Made by a program: the position numbers and the translations under genes. From positions 1 through 60,606 of IMG/VR virus record IMGVR_UViG_3300037506_000247: 60,606 nt of DNA. One strand, given 5' to 3'. Source of the DNA: a virus (lineage: Duplodnaviria > Caudoviricetes). Position 1 is the first letter of the stretch. Each line of letters begins with the position of its first letter. Shown here in pieces: positions 16,921-27,121 of this stretch. The notes beneath the pieces are model-generated. The model was not told where the DNA came from, did not search any database, and was given only the letters and a program-made list of their open reading frames with translations.

Positions 16921-18543
16921 ATGCCTGCGCTTGAGAACGTCCCCCGCGTCACCGAGTCCAAGGCCTCCGCGCCGAAACCGCAACCGCAGAAGCCCGCCAT
17001 CAAGTACCCCGACCTCGTGGTTGGGATCGACGACGGCAACGGCGGCGTCGAACTGCTCCCCCTGGCCACGGTCCGGATCACCGGACCGATGGCCGCCAAA
17101 CTGCTCGAACTCGAAACTGAATCCGAATACGCCCTGCGCTGCGCCAGGGAGTACGGACTGGCGTCGACCGAGAACGAAGTGCGTGAGTTGGGCATCAAGC
17201 TCCAGTTCCATACCTTCGTCGAGCCGATCACCGGCGAGAAAGTGATTTGCTGGAACAACCTCCACAATCGACCGTTCAAAATGCCGGCCGCGCTGGCGTA
17301 CAAGCAGGAAATCCTGACGTTCAACTGGGCTGGCCCCACGACTTGCCCCGGCGAAACCGTCAATGCGGAACCCATTACGATTTCACGCACGGAGCAGATC
17401 GTGTCTGGCCAGAACCGCCTCGGCGCGGCGTGGATGGCCTGGATTGAGTGGAAGGAAAAGTACGATGACCACAAGCGCGTGTGGCCCAGAGAGAAGTTTC
17501 CGGAAGGACCGTACCTCGAGACACTGGTCATCTACGGTGTGTCCGACGCGCAGAAGGTCATTCAGACGGTGGACACCGGGGAGAAGCGGAGCGAGTCCGA
17601 CGCCTTCTTCACCGGCAACACGGTCGAGCGCGTCTTCGGTAAAGACAAGGCGGACACTCTCACGCGCAAGGCCAAGGAAGAAGTTGCGCGAATGCTGGGG
17701 CACGCCGTGGATTTTTGCTGGGTCAGAATGGGCTGGAACGACCGGCTCATCAAGACCAACAGGACCGCGCAAGAGTTCCTCGACAACTTCCCGACGATTC
17801 ACAAGGCCGTCAGGACGATCTTCGACGTGAACCAGTCCCGACAGCTCTCGCTCATGTACGTCAACGCCGGCACCTGCGCTGGCGCGCTGTTTCTCATGGC
17901 CCAGGGCAAAACCAACCCACAGAAGCGCGTGGACTCGGAGAAGGGCCTCGACATGACCTTGCTCGCCAAGGCTGAGGAATTCTGGCGGCTGTTGTCGAAG
18001 AAAGAGGGGTTTTTCAACTTGGTCAAGAACACGCTGGGTAAAATCACTTCGGTCGAGGGCGAGGAGCTCAACGGCCGCGCCGTCGAGAAGTTCTGCGTCA
18101 TTGCCAAGGCCTGGCGCATCTGGCTCGACGGCGGCAAGCTCACACCTGCCGACAAGGACAACCCGGCTGCGCGGGAACTGGCGCTCCAGACCTACGAGGA
18201 CGAGGACGGCAACCGACACCTCGTGGACCCACCCGATTTTGGCGGCATCGACCGCGGCCCCAAGGTCCGCGAGCCGGAGGTCGACGATGCTCCCGACGAG
18301 CAGGAAGTCGAGGAGGAGAAGCGGAAGGCCGAGACCCGGCGCTCCGAGGAGCTGAGGCAGATCGTCGAAGAGTCCCCGGCCCAGGAGTTAGCGCGGCGGC
18401 AGCAGGCCGACATCAAAGCCCAGAATGCGGCGCTCTTGAGGCAGAAGGCCGAGGCCAAGAAGAACGGTCAGCTCAAACCCAGGACCCCGGCACTCGCGAC
18501 CGACAAGCAGCCGCGGCCGGCGAAAGCGCCGGTCAAGAAGTAG
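16921..18543 (+). CDS. ParB/Srx-like domain protein
   Basis: NNLHNRPF..Y..W..NAEPITIS..SGQNRL resembles the phage ParB-like N..NR..W..GEPI..DGQHRL pattern. Start MPALE. Confidence 0.65.
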   Translation: MPALENVPRVTESKASAPKPQPQKPAIKYPDLVVGIDDGNGGVELLPLATVRITGPMAAKLLELETESEYALRCAREYGLASTENEVRELGIKLQFHTFVEPITGEKVICWNNLHNRPFKMPAALAYKQEILTFNWAGPTTCPGETVNAEPITISRTEQIVSGQNRLGAAWMAWIEWKEKYDDHKRVWPREKFPEGPYLETLVIYGVSDAQKVIQTVDTGEKRSESDAFFTGNTVERVFGKDKADTLTRKAKEEVARMLGHAVDFCWVRMGWNDRLIKTNRTAQEFLDNFPTIHKAVRTIFDVNQSRQLSLMYVNAGTCAGALFLMAQGKTNPQKRVDSEKGLDMTLLAKAEEFWRLLSKKEGFFNLVKNTLGKITSVEGEELNGRAVEKFCVIAKAWRIWLDGGKLTPADKDNPAARELALQTYEDEDGNRHLVDPPDFGGIDRGPKVREPEVDDAPDEQEVEEEKRKAETRRSEELRQIVEESPAQELARRQQADIKAQNAALLRQKAEAKKNGQLKPRTPALATDKQPRPAKAPVKK

Positions 18544-18606
18544 TAGCGCAGCAAACCAGGAACGAAGAAGAGTTTCATCAGAACTCACAACAGACAGGAG
18601 CAATCC

Positions 18607-20913
18607 ATGAAGAAGAAGACCCTCAAGCAGCAGGCTCTGGAGTTCCTCCAGGCACACGGTTGGGCCGTCGACACGACCACGCGCGTCAGCAGGTACGTGG
18701 TCCTGTCTAAGCCCGGATGCGACCACCACTACTATCTCGGCAACGCCGGCGCGGTTCGCCGCGGTCGCACTGTGACAAGCAGCATTCCGGTCAGGCTGAA
18801 AACCGACAAGCCGATCACGGAAAAGCCAGGTTCCGGCGATCGGTGCAAGCACGGAGTAAGGCTAGAAGACAAATGCAACAGGTGCCTGACCGGAATCGCC
18901 GAACCTCGACGGGAGACTGAGCAACGCCCGGACCCTTCGTTTGCTGTTGGCAATGTGGAACCGTCATCAATGACGACGACCGGTGCCCCGTCTGCGACCA
19001 TTGCTGACAATCCGGCGACTTCGGCCGAGGCACCAACCACCGGCCTGCTCCGCGCCGCGGCAAAACAGGTTGCCAGTGCCAGCGCCGAAGACGAAGAAGT
19101 CGCGGGCTACAGACCGACCGACGAGCAGCGCGCGGTCCTGCGCGAGGCGACTCGCGATGGTCTGCGCTGCCTGGTCCTGCCGGCCGGGGCCGGCGCCGGC
19201 AAAACCTCGACGCTCAAGATGCTGGAAGAAACGCTGCCAGGTCGCGGACAGTACACGGCCTTCAACCGTTCGCTGGTCAACGAGAGCAAGGCCAAGTTCC
19301 GGAAGGCGCGTTGCTCAACCACGCACAGCCTGGCGTTCGGCACCGTGGGCAAGGCGTTCGCGCATCGACTCAACGGACCGCGCGTCCGCTCCGAGCAAGT
19401 CGCCTCGATGCTGGGGATCAGCGACCTCGAAGTGACTGTGGGGGCCGACCCCGACGGCCAACCCACGCTGCGCAAGCTGACTGCGGCCTGGCTCGCCGGG
19501 CAGGTGATGGTCGCGGTCCGTCGCTTCTGCCAGAGCGCGGACAAGCGCATCAGCCGCGAGCACATTAAGCACGTGGACGGCATCGATCCGCCGGACAGTC
19601 GCGCCAATAGCGAGATCGTCAAGAGCTACCTCCTGCCGTTCGCGGAGAAAGCCTGGACCGACTTGTCGTCGACGACCGGCCGGCTACCGTTCTCCCACGA
19701 CGTGTACGTCAAGCTCTGGCAACTCGGCGAGGGTCCGAATAAGCCGATGATTCCGAGCGACTACATCCTGCTCGACGAGGCTCAAGACACTGCACCCGTG
19801 TTTCTCGACGTACTTCGGCAACAGACGCACGCCTTTCTGATTTTTGTGGGCGACAGCAACCAGGCCATCTACGAATGGCGCGGAGCGGTTGACGCCATGA
19901 AGGCGTTCCCCGACGCGCCGCGACGGATACTCAGTCAGTCCTTCCGGTTCGGCCAGCGGATCGCCGATGTGGCCAACTCGATTTTGGCAGGCTTAGAAGA
20001 ACCGACTGACCTAATCCTCAAGGGTCTGAAGGCGATTCCGTCATGCGTGTTTCAGCGCGAGCAGCTACCGAACCCCAAGTGCGTCTTGACGCGCACAAAC
20101 GCCGCCGCGGTCGCCGCGGTCATGGACGCCCAGAATCGAGGCAAGCGCACGCACTTGATCGCCTCGGTGGACGAAGTGCTGTCCTTCGTCCGCGCAGCCC
20201 GCGACCTCCAGCGCGGCAAGCCCACCGCCCACCCCGACCTGGGCTGCTTCAACCGGTGGTCCGACGTGGTGGAGTACAGCAAGACCGACGAGGGGCAGGA
20301 GCTGCGCCTCTGGGTCAAGCTGATCGATGAGCTCGGTGTCGAGCGGATCATCTCAGCGCTGGAAAACCAAGTGCCCGAGGAGTCGGCCGACCTCGTGGTT
20401 TGCACGGCACACAAGAGCAAGGGGCGCGAGTGGACCAGCGTCAAGCTTGCTGGTGACTTCCCGCCGGCTTCCAAAATGTCCGATTCCGATCGCCGGCTGC
20501 TCTACGTCGCGGCCACGCGCGCCAAGCGCGTGCTCGACATCAGTGACTGTCCACCCTTCCACCCGTTCCGCGACCGCGAGACGGGCGAGGAGACCGAAGG
20601 CATCAGCATCGCCTTCACCGGCGAGATGCCGACCCTCAACGAGGCGCTGGGCGGCATCGGGGAAGAGAAGAAGGAACCCTCGGTCGAACAGCCGAAATCG
20701 GTCGCCAATGTCGACGGATCGACGAATGGCCGCGCGAAATCTCAAGAGTTCTCGTGGACCAATTACAACGGCAAATGGCATGTGAGTGGTCCGCCGGGCC
20801 ACGTGGACGAGACCGTCCGGGTGCGGCGCAAGAACGGCTCGACTTCGACCGAGCGCTTGGGGAAGCTCGTCAAAGAGTTCGCGGAGCGGTGCATCTACGA
20901 TGTCGGGCGCTGA
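18607..20913 (+). CDS. UvrD/Rep-like superfamily 1 helicase with N- and C-terminal extensions
   Basis: AGAGAGKTST, LLDEAQD, GDSNQAIYEWRGA, LSQSFRF, TAHKSKGREW, LYVAATRAK. Confidence 0.92.
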   Translation: MKKKTLKQQALEFLQAHGWAVDTTTRVSRYVVLSKPGCDHHYYLGNAGAVRRGRTVTSSIPVRLKTDKPITEKPGSGDRCKHGVRLEDKCNRCLTGIAEPRRETEQRPDPSFAVGNVEPSSMTTTGAPSATIADNPATSAEAPTTGLLRAAAKQVASASAEDEEVAGYRPTDEQRAVLREATRDGLRCLVLPAGAGAGKTSTLKMLEETLPGRGQYTAFNRSLVNESKAKFRKARCSTTHSLAFGTVGKAFAHRLNGPRVRSEQVASMLGISDLEVTVGADPDGQPTLRKLTAAWLAGQVMVAVRRFCQSADKRISREHIKHVDGIDPPDSRANSEIVKSYLLPFAEKAWTDLSSTTGRLPFSHDVYVKLWQLGEGPNKPMIPSDYILLDEAQDTAPVFLDVLRQQTHAFLIFVGDSNQAIYEWRGAVDAMKAFPDAPRRILSQSFRFGQRIADVANSILAGLEEPTDLILKGLKAIPSCVFQREQLPNPKCVLTRTNAAAVAAVMDAQNRGKRTHLIASVDEVLSFVRAARDLQRGKPTAHPDLGCFNRWSDVVEYSKTDEGQELRLWVKLIDELGVERIISALENQVPEESADLVVCTAHKSKGREWTSVKLAGDFPPASKMSDSDRRLLYVAATRAKRVLDISDCPPFHPFRDRETGEETEGISIAFTGEMPTLNEALGGIGEEKKEPSVEQPKSVANVDGSTNGRAKSQEFSWTNYNGKWHVSGPPGHVDETVRVRRKNGSTSTERLGKLVKEFAERCIYDVGR

Positions 20914-20974
20914 AAGTGATCGAGCGGGGCCGCGCATCATTCACGCGGATTTCATTCAACTTGAGGAGTGACCC

Positions 20975-21256
20975 ATGCCCAGAACGACTTGGCAAGAGCA
21001 AGATTCCTTCGACCGTCACGAATGGGCGAGGGCGGCGGAGTGCGAAGGCGACACACCCGCGTCACGATTTTCCGCCAGGACTGCCGCTCTCCGGCAGAAG
21101 CCCCTGGCAGACAAGATCAACGAGCTGCGCCGGCTCGGCATCAACATCGCCGAACAGGGCGTTCATTCTTCCCCGTGCCGAGTCTGCGCATTTGCGTGGC
21201 GCTATTCGGCTTTCCCCGACCGCTGCCTCTACTGCGAGGCGATGAACGAAGAGTGA
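20975..21256 (+). CDS. Hypothetical protein with C-terminal Cys cluster
   Basis: GAGGAG RBS. CRVC..CLYC. Confidence 0.65.
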   Translation: MPRTTWQEQDSFDRHEWARAAECEGDTPASRFSARTAALRQKPLADKINELRRLGINIAEQGVHSSPCRVCAFAWRYSAFPDRCLYCEAMNEE

Positions 21257-21264
21257 CTCGCCAA

Positions 21265-21302
21265 CCCCGCTTCGGTCCTTCGGGATTAGGGCGGGGCTTT
21301 TT
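21265..21302 (+). terminator. Intrinsic terminator between convergent operons
   Basis: CCCCGC..TCC-TTCG-GGA..GCGGGG followed by CTTTTT. Confidence 0.65.
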
Positions 21303-22096
21303 CATTTCAACTTCTCTGCGTCGAACCTGTTCATCCCTGCCGCCTCTCTGCGCCGCCGTTCCTCCCAGATCGTCTGACCACTCATTTTCCGTCGAGCCGC
21401 CGCCTCCGGGTGGGTCGTGCCGTCCAGCCGCGGCGTTGCCCGGCCGAACCAATTCTGCCCGGCCGGGCCGAGATGCAAAACCTCGAACGGAGGGCGCACC
21501 TTGCGCTCGCGCGGCCACTTCGCTTGGAAGAAACTGTCCGCGCCGCCGGCGTGCGTCCAATTGACGTCGTGCCAGGGCGGATCGCCGAGGACTGGGTCCG
21601 AGGCGTGGAAGATCTGCGAGTAGCCGGCCCACTCGTTGACGTTGCGGTGGATCGGGTAATGACTCCACTCGTTTTCTAGTGGCGGCAGTTGTTGCGGCAT
21701 CGTCAAGTCAACCATCATCCGGCGCAGCGGCGTGCAAAGCTGGCCCCGATGCACGAGGCACTGCCGGCTCTCCGCGCCGATCCAGAGGCTCTCGCCGAAC
21801 GGCCGGATGTTGACCGACTTCGGCCAGAGCACGTCGGCATCCATCAGGCACAGCCACCCCTCGCGCCCGAACCAGTCCAGCCCGTCCTCCAGCGCGGCCC
21901 ACTTGTTGAACTTCGCCCCGCGAGCATAGAACAAGTCGGTCATGTGAATCGAGCAGCCGTGGGCGCGGGCAACATCCTCGGTCGCCTGGTCCGCCGTTGA
22001 GGTCACCACGCAAACCTCAGAGAAGTGGTGCCGATTGTATGGCATTGTGACGCTCAAGATGTCCGAATAATCGACACAGACCATCATGGCGCGCAT
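21302..22096 (-). CDS. Glycosyltransferase (GT-A fold)
   Basis: VCVDYSDIL, FNKWAAL..WLCLMDADVLWP (DxD), GYSQIFH, GGADSFF. Confidence 0.8.
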   Translation of the reverse strand: MRAMMVCVDYSDILSVTMPYNRHHFSEVCVVTSTADQATEDVARAHGCSIHMTDLFYARGAKFNKWAALEDGLDWFGREGWLCLMDADVLWPKSVNIRPFGESLWIGAESRQCLVHRGQLCTPLRRMMVDLTMPQQLPPLENEWSHYPIHRNVNEWAGYSQIFHASDPVLGDPPWHDVNWTHAGGADSFFQAKWPRERKVRPPFEVLHLGPAGQNWFGRATPRLDGTTHPEAAARRKMSGQTIWEERRRREAAGMNRFDAEKLK

Positions 22097-22097
22097 G

Positions 22098-22316
22098 TCA
22101 ATCCTCATCTTCGGGCCAGCCTGGCCAAGACTCGCCGCATGTCGGGTGAAACAGAGACAGGGCGTCAAGAACTTTGACTGCCTTCCTGACTTGCGCTTCA
22201 CTGCCGCACAAGACTGGATCGAGGATGCGCCGCAACCTAGTGATGGCCTCTTCGTGCTTGCGCAAGATAGAATCGCGGTCGCAACAATACGTTGAGGTCT
22301 TGACTGGCTTCGTCAT
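22098..22316 (-). CDS. Hypothetical protein
   Basis: GGGAG RBS. ATGA overlap. Confidence 0.55.
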   Translation of the reverse strand: MTKPVKTSTYCCDRDSILRKHEEAITRLRRILDPVLCGSEAQVRKAVKVLDALSLFHPTCGESWPGWPEDED

Positions 22317-23113
22317 TTGTTGCTCCCTTCCAGCCATACAACTCCGACCCCGCAGCTCCGCTCGCGCCAGTGACGCAGCCAACCCTCGTGAGCGTTTGCG
22401 GGCGGGATGCCGCGCGCCTCGCGTTTCAGCGCGGCTTCGGCGTCCGAAGTATCCACGATCAGCTTCGAGCATCGGCCCGCGGCGACCGCGGACCAGGCTT
22501 GCTGCATCGGTGAGCCGGCCTCGTTCACGTCGTGAAAGAACTCAACGCCGTTTGGAGCCATCAGCGGCAGGTACGCCAGGTGGTCGGCGAAGAATGCGCT
22601 CTTGTCGCCGTCGACGAACAACACGTCGATCCGGTCTTCACCCAGGAAGTTCCAGACCATCGTCCGCGCTACTTGGTCGCGACTGGACCGGTCGAGCCAG
22701 AGGAATTCGATCCGGGGGAAAGCGCGCTCAAACAGTTCGGCGTAAGGCAGGCCGCGCACTTCGCAGGCGATCACCTTTTCGACGGTCGGCAGGCACATGC
22801 ACCAGTGGTATAACCCGCCGCCTTTATCCGCGCCAATTTCCATGACCACCTTTGGGCCGCCAGCTTTTCCGGAACCGGCGCACTCCGGGCAATCCCCACG
22901 CCATGGCGGGCCGCACGAACATGATTCCTTGTCGACGTTCCTGGCGACCTCGATCATCCGGCGCATCTCGGCCTGGCGCTGAAGTGGGAAGAACAGATCG
23001 GTCTCAAACACCTCCGGATACAAGTCCTGCCCCGGATTCAATTGCGGATGGACCTCGGCGAAGAATCGCTCGACGCAAGGCATCATCTCCGCTGGAAACG
23101 GTGCGTCCATCAT
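22313..23113 (-). CDS. Class I SAM-dependent methyltransferase (Methyltransf_24-like)
   Basis: VMEIGADKGG, IDVLFVDGDK, FFHDV. Confidence 0.8.
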   Translation of the reverse strand: MMDAPFPAEMMPCVERFFAEVHPQLNPGQDLYPEVFETDLFFPLQRQAEMRRMIEVARNVDKESCSCGPPWRGDCPECAGSGKAGGPKVVMEIGADKGGGLYHWCMCLPTVEKVIACEVRGLPYAELFERAFPRIEFLWLDRSSRDQVARTMVWNFLGEDRIDVLFVDGDKSAFFADHLAYLPLMAPNGVEFFHDVNEAGSPMQQAWSAVAAGRCSKLIVDTSDAEAALKREARGIPPANAHEGWLRHWRERSCGVGVVWLEGSNK

Positions 23114-23163
23114 CTTTTCCTTGTGACCGGTCTCTTGGCGCTCGTGATTGAGTCGATGGTGAC

Positions 23164-24219
23164 TCACTTCAAGGCGTTTTGCAGGTACCGGGTCGTCCTC
23201 TGGAGTCGGCCGACCTCCAACTGCTCCAGGCGCTTGACGACTTGCACCAGCCTGTCTCGACGCTTCGGGAAGGCGACGGCGGCATGGGTCGCGCTCGTCT
23301 GTTCGCTGCCCTTCTCGGACTGGGCCAGTTCGCCGTACCCTCTCAACGGCACACCGCAGTCGAAGCAGTGTTTGCGAACCTGCTCGACGAACGACTGCAT
23401 CGGCAACTCCCACCATTTCCGGCCCGTGAAATGTTCGACGGTTGGATCGATTCCGGTGTCGAGATAGCCCGGTTCGTCCTGGTGGAGCATCGACTGCGCC
23501 CCGGCAACCTCGCAAAACCAAGCGCGGAGCTGGCCGCGGAAAACACCGATCATGGCACTCCAGTGCTGGTTGATGTCGCAGCCGGAGATCAGCTCCCAAA
23601 TTCGAGATTCGTCAACAACCCGACCGACTCCGTCGCAACGAGGGCATGTCAGAGCACCCAACCGCTCGGCAATCTTACCGCCACCCCCGCACGCGTCGCA
23701 AATCCTCCTCAACACGTCTTTCATCGCCACGAACACCGGCGAGTGGCGCGAATCCGTCGTCAACCCGACCGGTCCGCACTCCGGCCAACCTTCCTTGAAC
23801 ATGTCATGGGCTTTGCGGTCGAGGTGGACGTTGAGGTTCGAGACGAACGGGTTGAAGGTCTCGCGCATTATCCGCGCCTTTTCGATGGTCATCGGGTTGT
23901 TGGACCAAATGCCGCGCTGCTCGATCGGCACTTCCTCGCGCATGACGGCGCACAACTCTTCAAACCGCGGATGAACCGCCGGATTGCCGCCGAACATGCC
24001 CACGACTCCGAAGTAACCCCGGAGCGAGCGGCAGGCGTTGCGAAATTGCGCGACCGAGATCATGCCGGGATTGCCGGCGTAGTTCGATGCCTGAGTGCAG
24101 TTGAAGCAAGCCTTGTCGCAAGCGCGGGTGACCCATATCTGGATCACGCCTTCACGGTACTTGCCCGGCCGCCGCGTCCCCGGCGCAACCATCTCGGCAA
24201 GGCATTCTTGTTCGGTCAT
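23164..24219 (-). CDS. Radical SAM protein
   Basis: VTRACDKACFNC (CxxxCxxC), FGGNPAVHP, C-terminal Cys residues. Confidence 0.88.
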   Translation of the reverse strand: MTEQECLAEMVAPGTRRPGKYREGVIQIWVTRACDKACFNCTQASNYAGNPGMISVAQFRNACRSLRGYFGVVGMFGGNPAVHPRFEELCAVMREEVPIEQRGIWSNNPMTIEKARIMRETFNPFVSNLNVHLDRKAHDMFKEGWPECGPVGLTTDSRHSPVFVAMKDVLRRICDACGGGGKIAERLGALTCPRCDGVGRVVDESRIWELISGCDINQHWSAMIGVFRGQLRAWFCEVAGAQSMLHQDEPGYLDTGIDPTVEHFTGRKWWELPMQSFVEQVRKHCFDCGVPLRGYGELAQSEKGSEQTSATHAAVAFPKRRDRLVQVVKRLEQLEVGRLQRTTRYLQNALK

Positions 24220-24803
24220 GGGTCGATCCTCGATGTCTTTTCCATCCAGTAGGACCACGGAAGCCCGCCCTCTTCGATGATCAACTGTACGTCAACCCTC
24301 TCCCGCGCAGCGAACTCCAACACCGCGGCCTGGACTTCGCCGGCCCAGGAATGCGACTCGCCCGGCTGCACGAAGTCGTGACCGGCGAGCAACCCCCCCG
24401 GCCTGACCTTCTCCCACCAGCCGGCCAGGTCGTGCGCGACGTGCTCACGACGGTGGTCGCCGTCGATGAACACGAAGTCGAGCGATCCGTTGATGAAATT
24501 CTTCAGCGCGTTCTCCGACGTGATCCTCAAGAGCCTGGCGCGGTCTCCGTGTCTCCGCAGCCGAGTCCTGGCCTCGAAGAAATGGTCGCCTTCACCCCAG
24601 AGCAGCCGCTGTTGCTCCTCGTAGCCTGGCAGACACTCCCAGGGATCAACGCAGTGGAGCGCCCGCCCTTTCCAAGTTGACAGCAGAGCGTTGGCGAATT
24701 CTCCTCGGTGAGTGCCGACCTCGACAGCCTCGCCGATCAACCCAAGCGAGTTGAGGTAATCGCCGAACTGCCCGCGCGTTGACAAAGGAGCGCACCTAAG
24801 CAC
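24216..24803 (-). CDS. Class I SAM-dependent methyltransferase (Methyltransf_24-like)
   Basis: VEVGTHRGE, CVDPW, LDFVFIDGDH, GGLLAGHDF. Confidence 0.88.
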   Translation of the reverse strand: MLRCAPLSTRGQFGDYLNSLGLIGEAVEVGTHRGEFANALLSTWKGRALHCVDPWECLPGYEEQQRLLWGEGDHFFEARTRLRRHGDRARLLRITSENALKNFINGSLDFVFIDGDHRREHVAHDLAGWWEKVRPGGLLAGHDFVQPGESHSWAGEVQAAVLEFAARERVDVQLIIEEGGLPWSYWMEKTSRIDP

Positions 24804-25830
24804 CGTAGAATCTCCTCACGTTCTCGATCTCCCTGGCGAGCAGCCTGCCTTGCTCACGGAATTCGTAGCGCTCCCTGGCCAGGAACGCCATCTGCTCCTG
24901 AAAGTTTGCGTCCCAACTCGCATCCAGCGAGGACAGCAGATCGCAGAGCTGCGGAAAGCCGATGTCGTCGGCGACTCGGACTAGGTTGGCGTCGATCAGC
25001 GGCACGTGCTCGCGCAAGTTCGTGACCACCCGGCAGCCGCAGGCTGTTGCCTCCATGATCTTGCGCAGCGCATAGCCGTGGATGGATGCCGTGCAGATTG
25101 CCACCTTGTAGCGGCTCAACGTCTGCAGATAATCCGGCGTCCAGCACCTGGTCCGGCCGTAGCCGGGATGGGGCAACACATCAACCAGTTTCGAGATCGG
25201 CGTGTTGGGCCGCTTGGCCTCCATGGCGACTCGTGTCCGCAGCGGGTAGGCGCCCCCCAGCGCGCCGGAGACGATGCACCCCTTCCGCCCCCGGACCGAG
25301 AACTCCGGCACTGCCGCCTTGTCTGTTGTGTGCCAGGTCCGGACCAGGTGCTGCCGCCGGACGAACGGCGCGAGCGCGGCCACCACGTCGGGATCGTAGT
25401 AGACAATCCAAGCGTGGAGACCGGTTTCTTCGGCGAACTCGCGATGCAGATCGCGGTCGCTCTGCGCGTCCTTGAGCACGCCGATCTTGAACACGTCGTC
25501 CCGGTCCCTCAGCGCCCCCATGTTCCGAAAGCGCTCGCGCTGATCGAAGGTCCGTGGTCCGCCCGCCGTCTTGCCGATCCACTCGCGCTTGTCCTGAATA
25601 ACCACGACGGACGGATCGAACTTGAGCAACTCAGTGACGTCGGTGATGCTCGTGGCAGATTGCGCGCCGAGCCGTGTCGTCAGTCCGTGCCCGGCCAATC
25701 CGTACCCGGCGCTCTCCAGCCCTCGGAACAATTGCCAGCCTTCGTCGGTCGTGTGCCGGCTCATCGACTCGACGGCCAGCCCGACTTTGGAGCCGTCGGC
25801 GCGGAACTCGTAGAGAGGCGCTGAGATCAT
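24796..25830 (-). CDS. Glycosyltransferase (GT-B, CgeB-like)
   Basis: YPLR, YLQTLSRYKVAI..LRKIMEATACGC. Confidence 0.78.
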   Translation of the reverse strand: MISAPLYEFRADGSKVGLAVESMSRHTTDEGWQLFRGLESAGYGLAGHGLTTRLGAQSATSITDVTELLKFDPSVVVIQDKREWIGKTAGGPRTFDQRERFRNMGALRDRDDVFKIGVLKDAQSDRDLHREFAEETGLHAWIVYYDPDVVAALAPFVRRQHLVRTWHTTDKAAVPEFSVRGRKGCIVSGALGGAYPLRTRVAMEAKRPNTPISKLVDVLPHPGYGRTRCWTPDYLQTLSRYKVAICTASIHGYALRKIMEATACGCRVVTNLREHVPLIDANLVRVADDIGFPQLCDLLSSLDASWDANFQEQMAFLARERYEFREQGRLLAREIENVRRFYGA

Positions 25831-26672
25831 GACTTGTTCCTGTCCCAATCCCTGTTCCGCCTGTAGGCCGCCTCGATCACCGGACAGTTCGTCAGGAACG
25901 CCCCGTCTGTGAGGCATGAGGCCAATCGCCTCTTGTCGAAGCATCCCATCAGCGTCATCAAGTCCTTCGGCAAGCACCGGCCGCCGAACCCGCGCTTGCC
26001 GTCAGGCCCCGGCACCTTGGTCCAGCTCGTCCCGATCCGGCCGTCGGACAAGATGCCTTCGAGCACGCGCTGCCAATCCAACTCCAGCACGTCGGCCAGG
26101 GACCGGAACTCGTTGAACAGCGACACCTTGACCGCAGCGAAGGCATTGGTCATCAGCTTGACGGCCTCGGACTCGTCGGAAGTCATGCACAGAATCGGGA
26201 CACCCGGAAACCTTTCGGAGCAAGCATGTCTGACGTCCTTGCCGCACCCGCTCAGACCCAACAATGGATCATCCATGTTCGCTTTCCACTTGAACAACGG
26301 ATCGCCGATGATATTCCGCGCTGGAAACTGGACGTCGGTGAAAGCGCAGCGCTCGGTCAGAAACTCCGGCGAGTGGACGAGATTGGTCAAACCGTGCTCC
26401 TTCGCAAGCCGTCGCGTGGTACCGACGGCACACGTGGACTTGACGACGAAATTGACCTCGCGCTTGTCAATCGGAACCAGCGACCCGAAGAAGCCATCCA
26501 GAGAAGCCTCCGGCAGGCACACGAACACGAGGTCGCAGGCCAGCGCTTCGCCGAGAAAGTGGGTCCGGCGTTCTGGCTTCTCGTCATAAACCCGCACTTC
26601 ATCCGTGTGCTCCAACCAACAGCGGGTCACGGCCTGACCAACAACGCCCGCACCGATGACGCCGATTTTCAT
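25827..26672 (-). CDS. UDP-glucose/GDP-mannose dehydrogenase family protein
   Basis: MKIGVIGAGVVG, VKST..GTT, SPEFL, EAVKL..N, GFGGRCLPKD. Confidence 0.92.
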   Translation of the reverse strand: MKIGVIGAGVVGQAVTRCWLEHTDEVRVYDEKPERRTHFLGEALACDLVFVCLPEASLDGFFGSLVPIDKREVNFVVKSTCAVGTTRRLAKEHGLTNLVHSPEFLTERCAFTDVQFPARNIIGDPLFKWKANMDDPLLGLSGCGKDVRHACSERFPGVPILCMTSDESEAVKLMTNAFAAVKVSLFNEFRSLADVLELDWQRVLEGILSDGRIGTSWTKVPGPDGKRGFGGRCLPKDLMTLMGCFDKRRLASCLTDGAFLTNCPVIEAAYRRNRDWDRNKS

Positions 26673-26863
26673 GTCTGCTCCTGAAAGCGCCTCCGGCAGG
26701 CGCGGTCCCGAGACCTGGTGGATGCTGAGGTGCCTCGCCGCCGGAGGATCGAAGTCATCGATTTGCGCAACCCACCAGGCCGACGACCCCATCATAACCG
26801 ATTTGCCGCCGAGCCTCTTCGAGTTGAAACGAAAAAAGCAGAAAAACTCAAGGCCGCCCCCCT

Positions 26864-26885
26864 CCCCACCCCTTCAGGGGTGGGG
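26864..26885. repeat. Perfect hairpin CCCCACCCCT-TC-AGGGGTGGGG in non-coding gap
   Basis: 10-bp inverted repeat. Confidence 0.6.
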
Positions 26886-27121
26886 TAAAGAGGCCATGGC
26901 GGGACAACCGTTTTGGCGCTTTCGCGCTTACTGACCGGTCATCTTTGGTGGTGCGGCAATCGTTGCCTGGGACCCGGACGCGGGGGAATTGGCAGGATCA
27001 ACCTTCCGTGCCCACTACCTGCTCGTTGCCGGGAAGACCACCAGGTCTCTCTGCTTCTCGTGTTCACCAATCGACAACCCCGATAACCGGATAAACCCAG
27101 TTATCGGGTTTTCAGACGGGA

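Noticed and set aside
26864-26885. Hairpin resembling IS200/IS605-family ends
   Set aside because: There is no tnpA, tnpB or iscB nearby and no second end. Kept only as a structured element.
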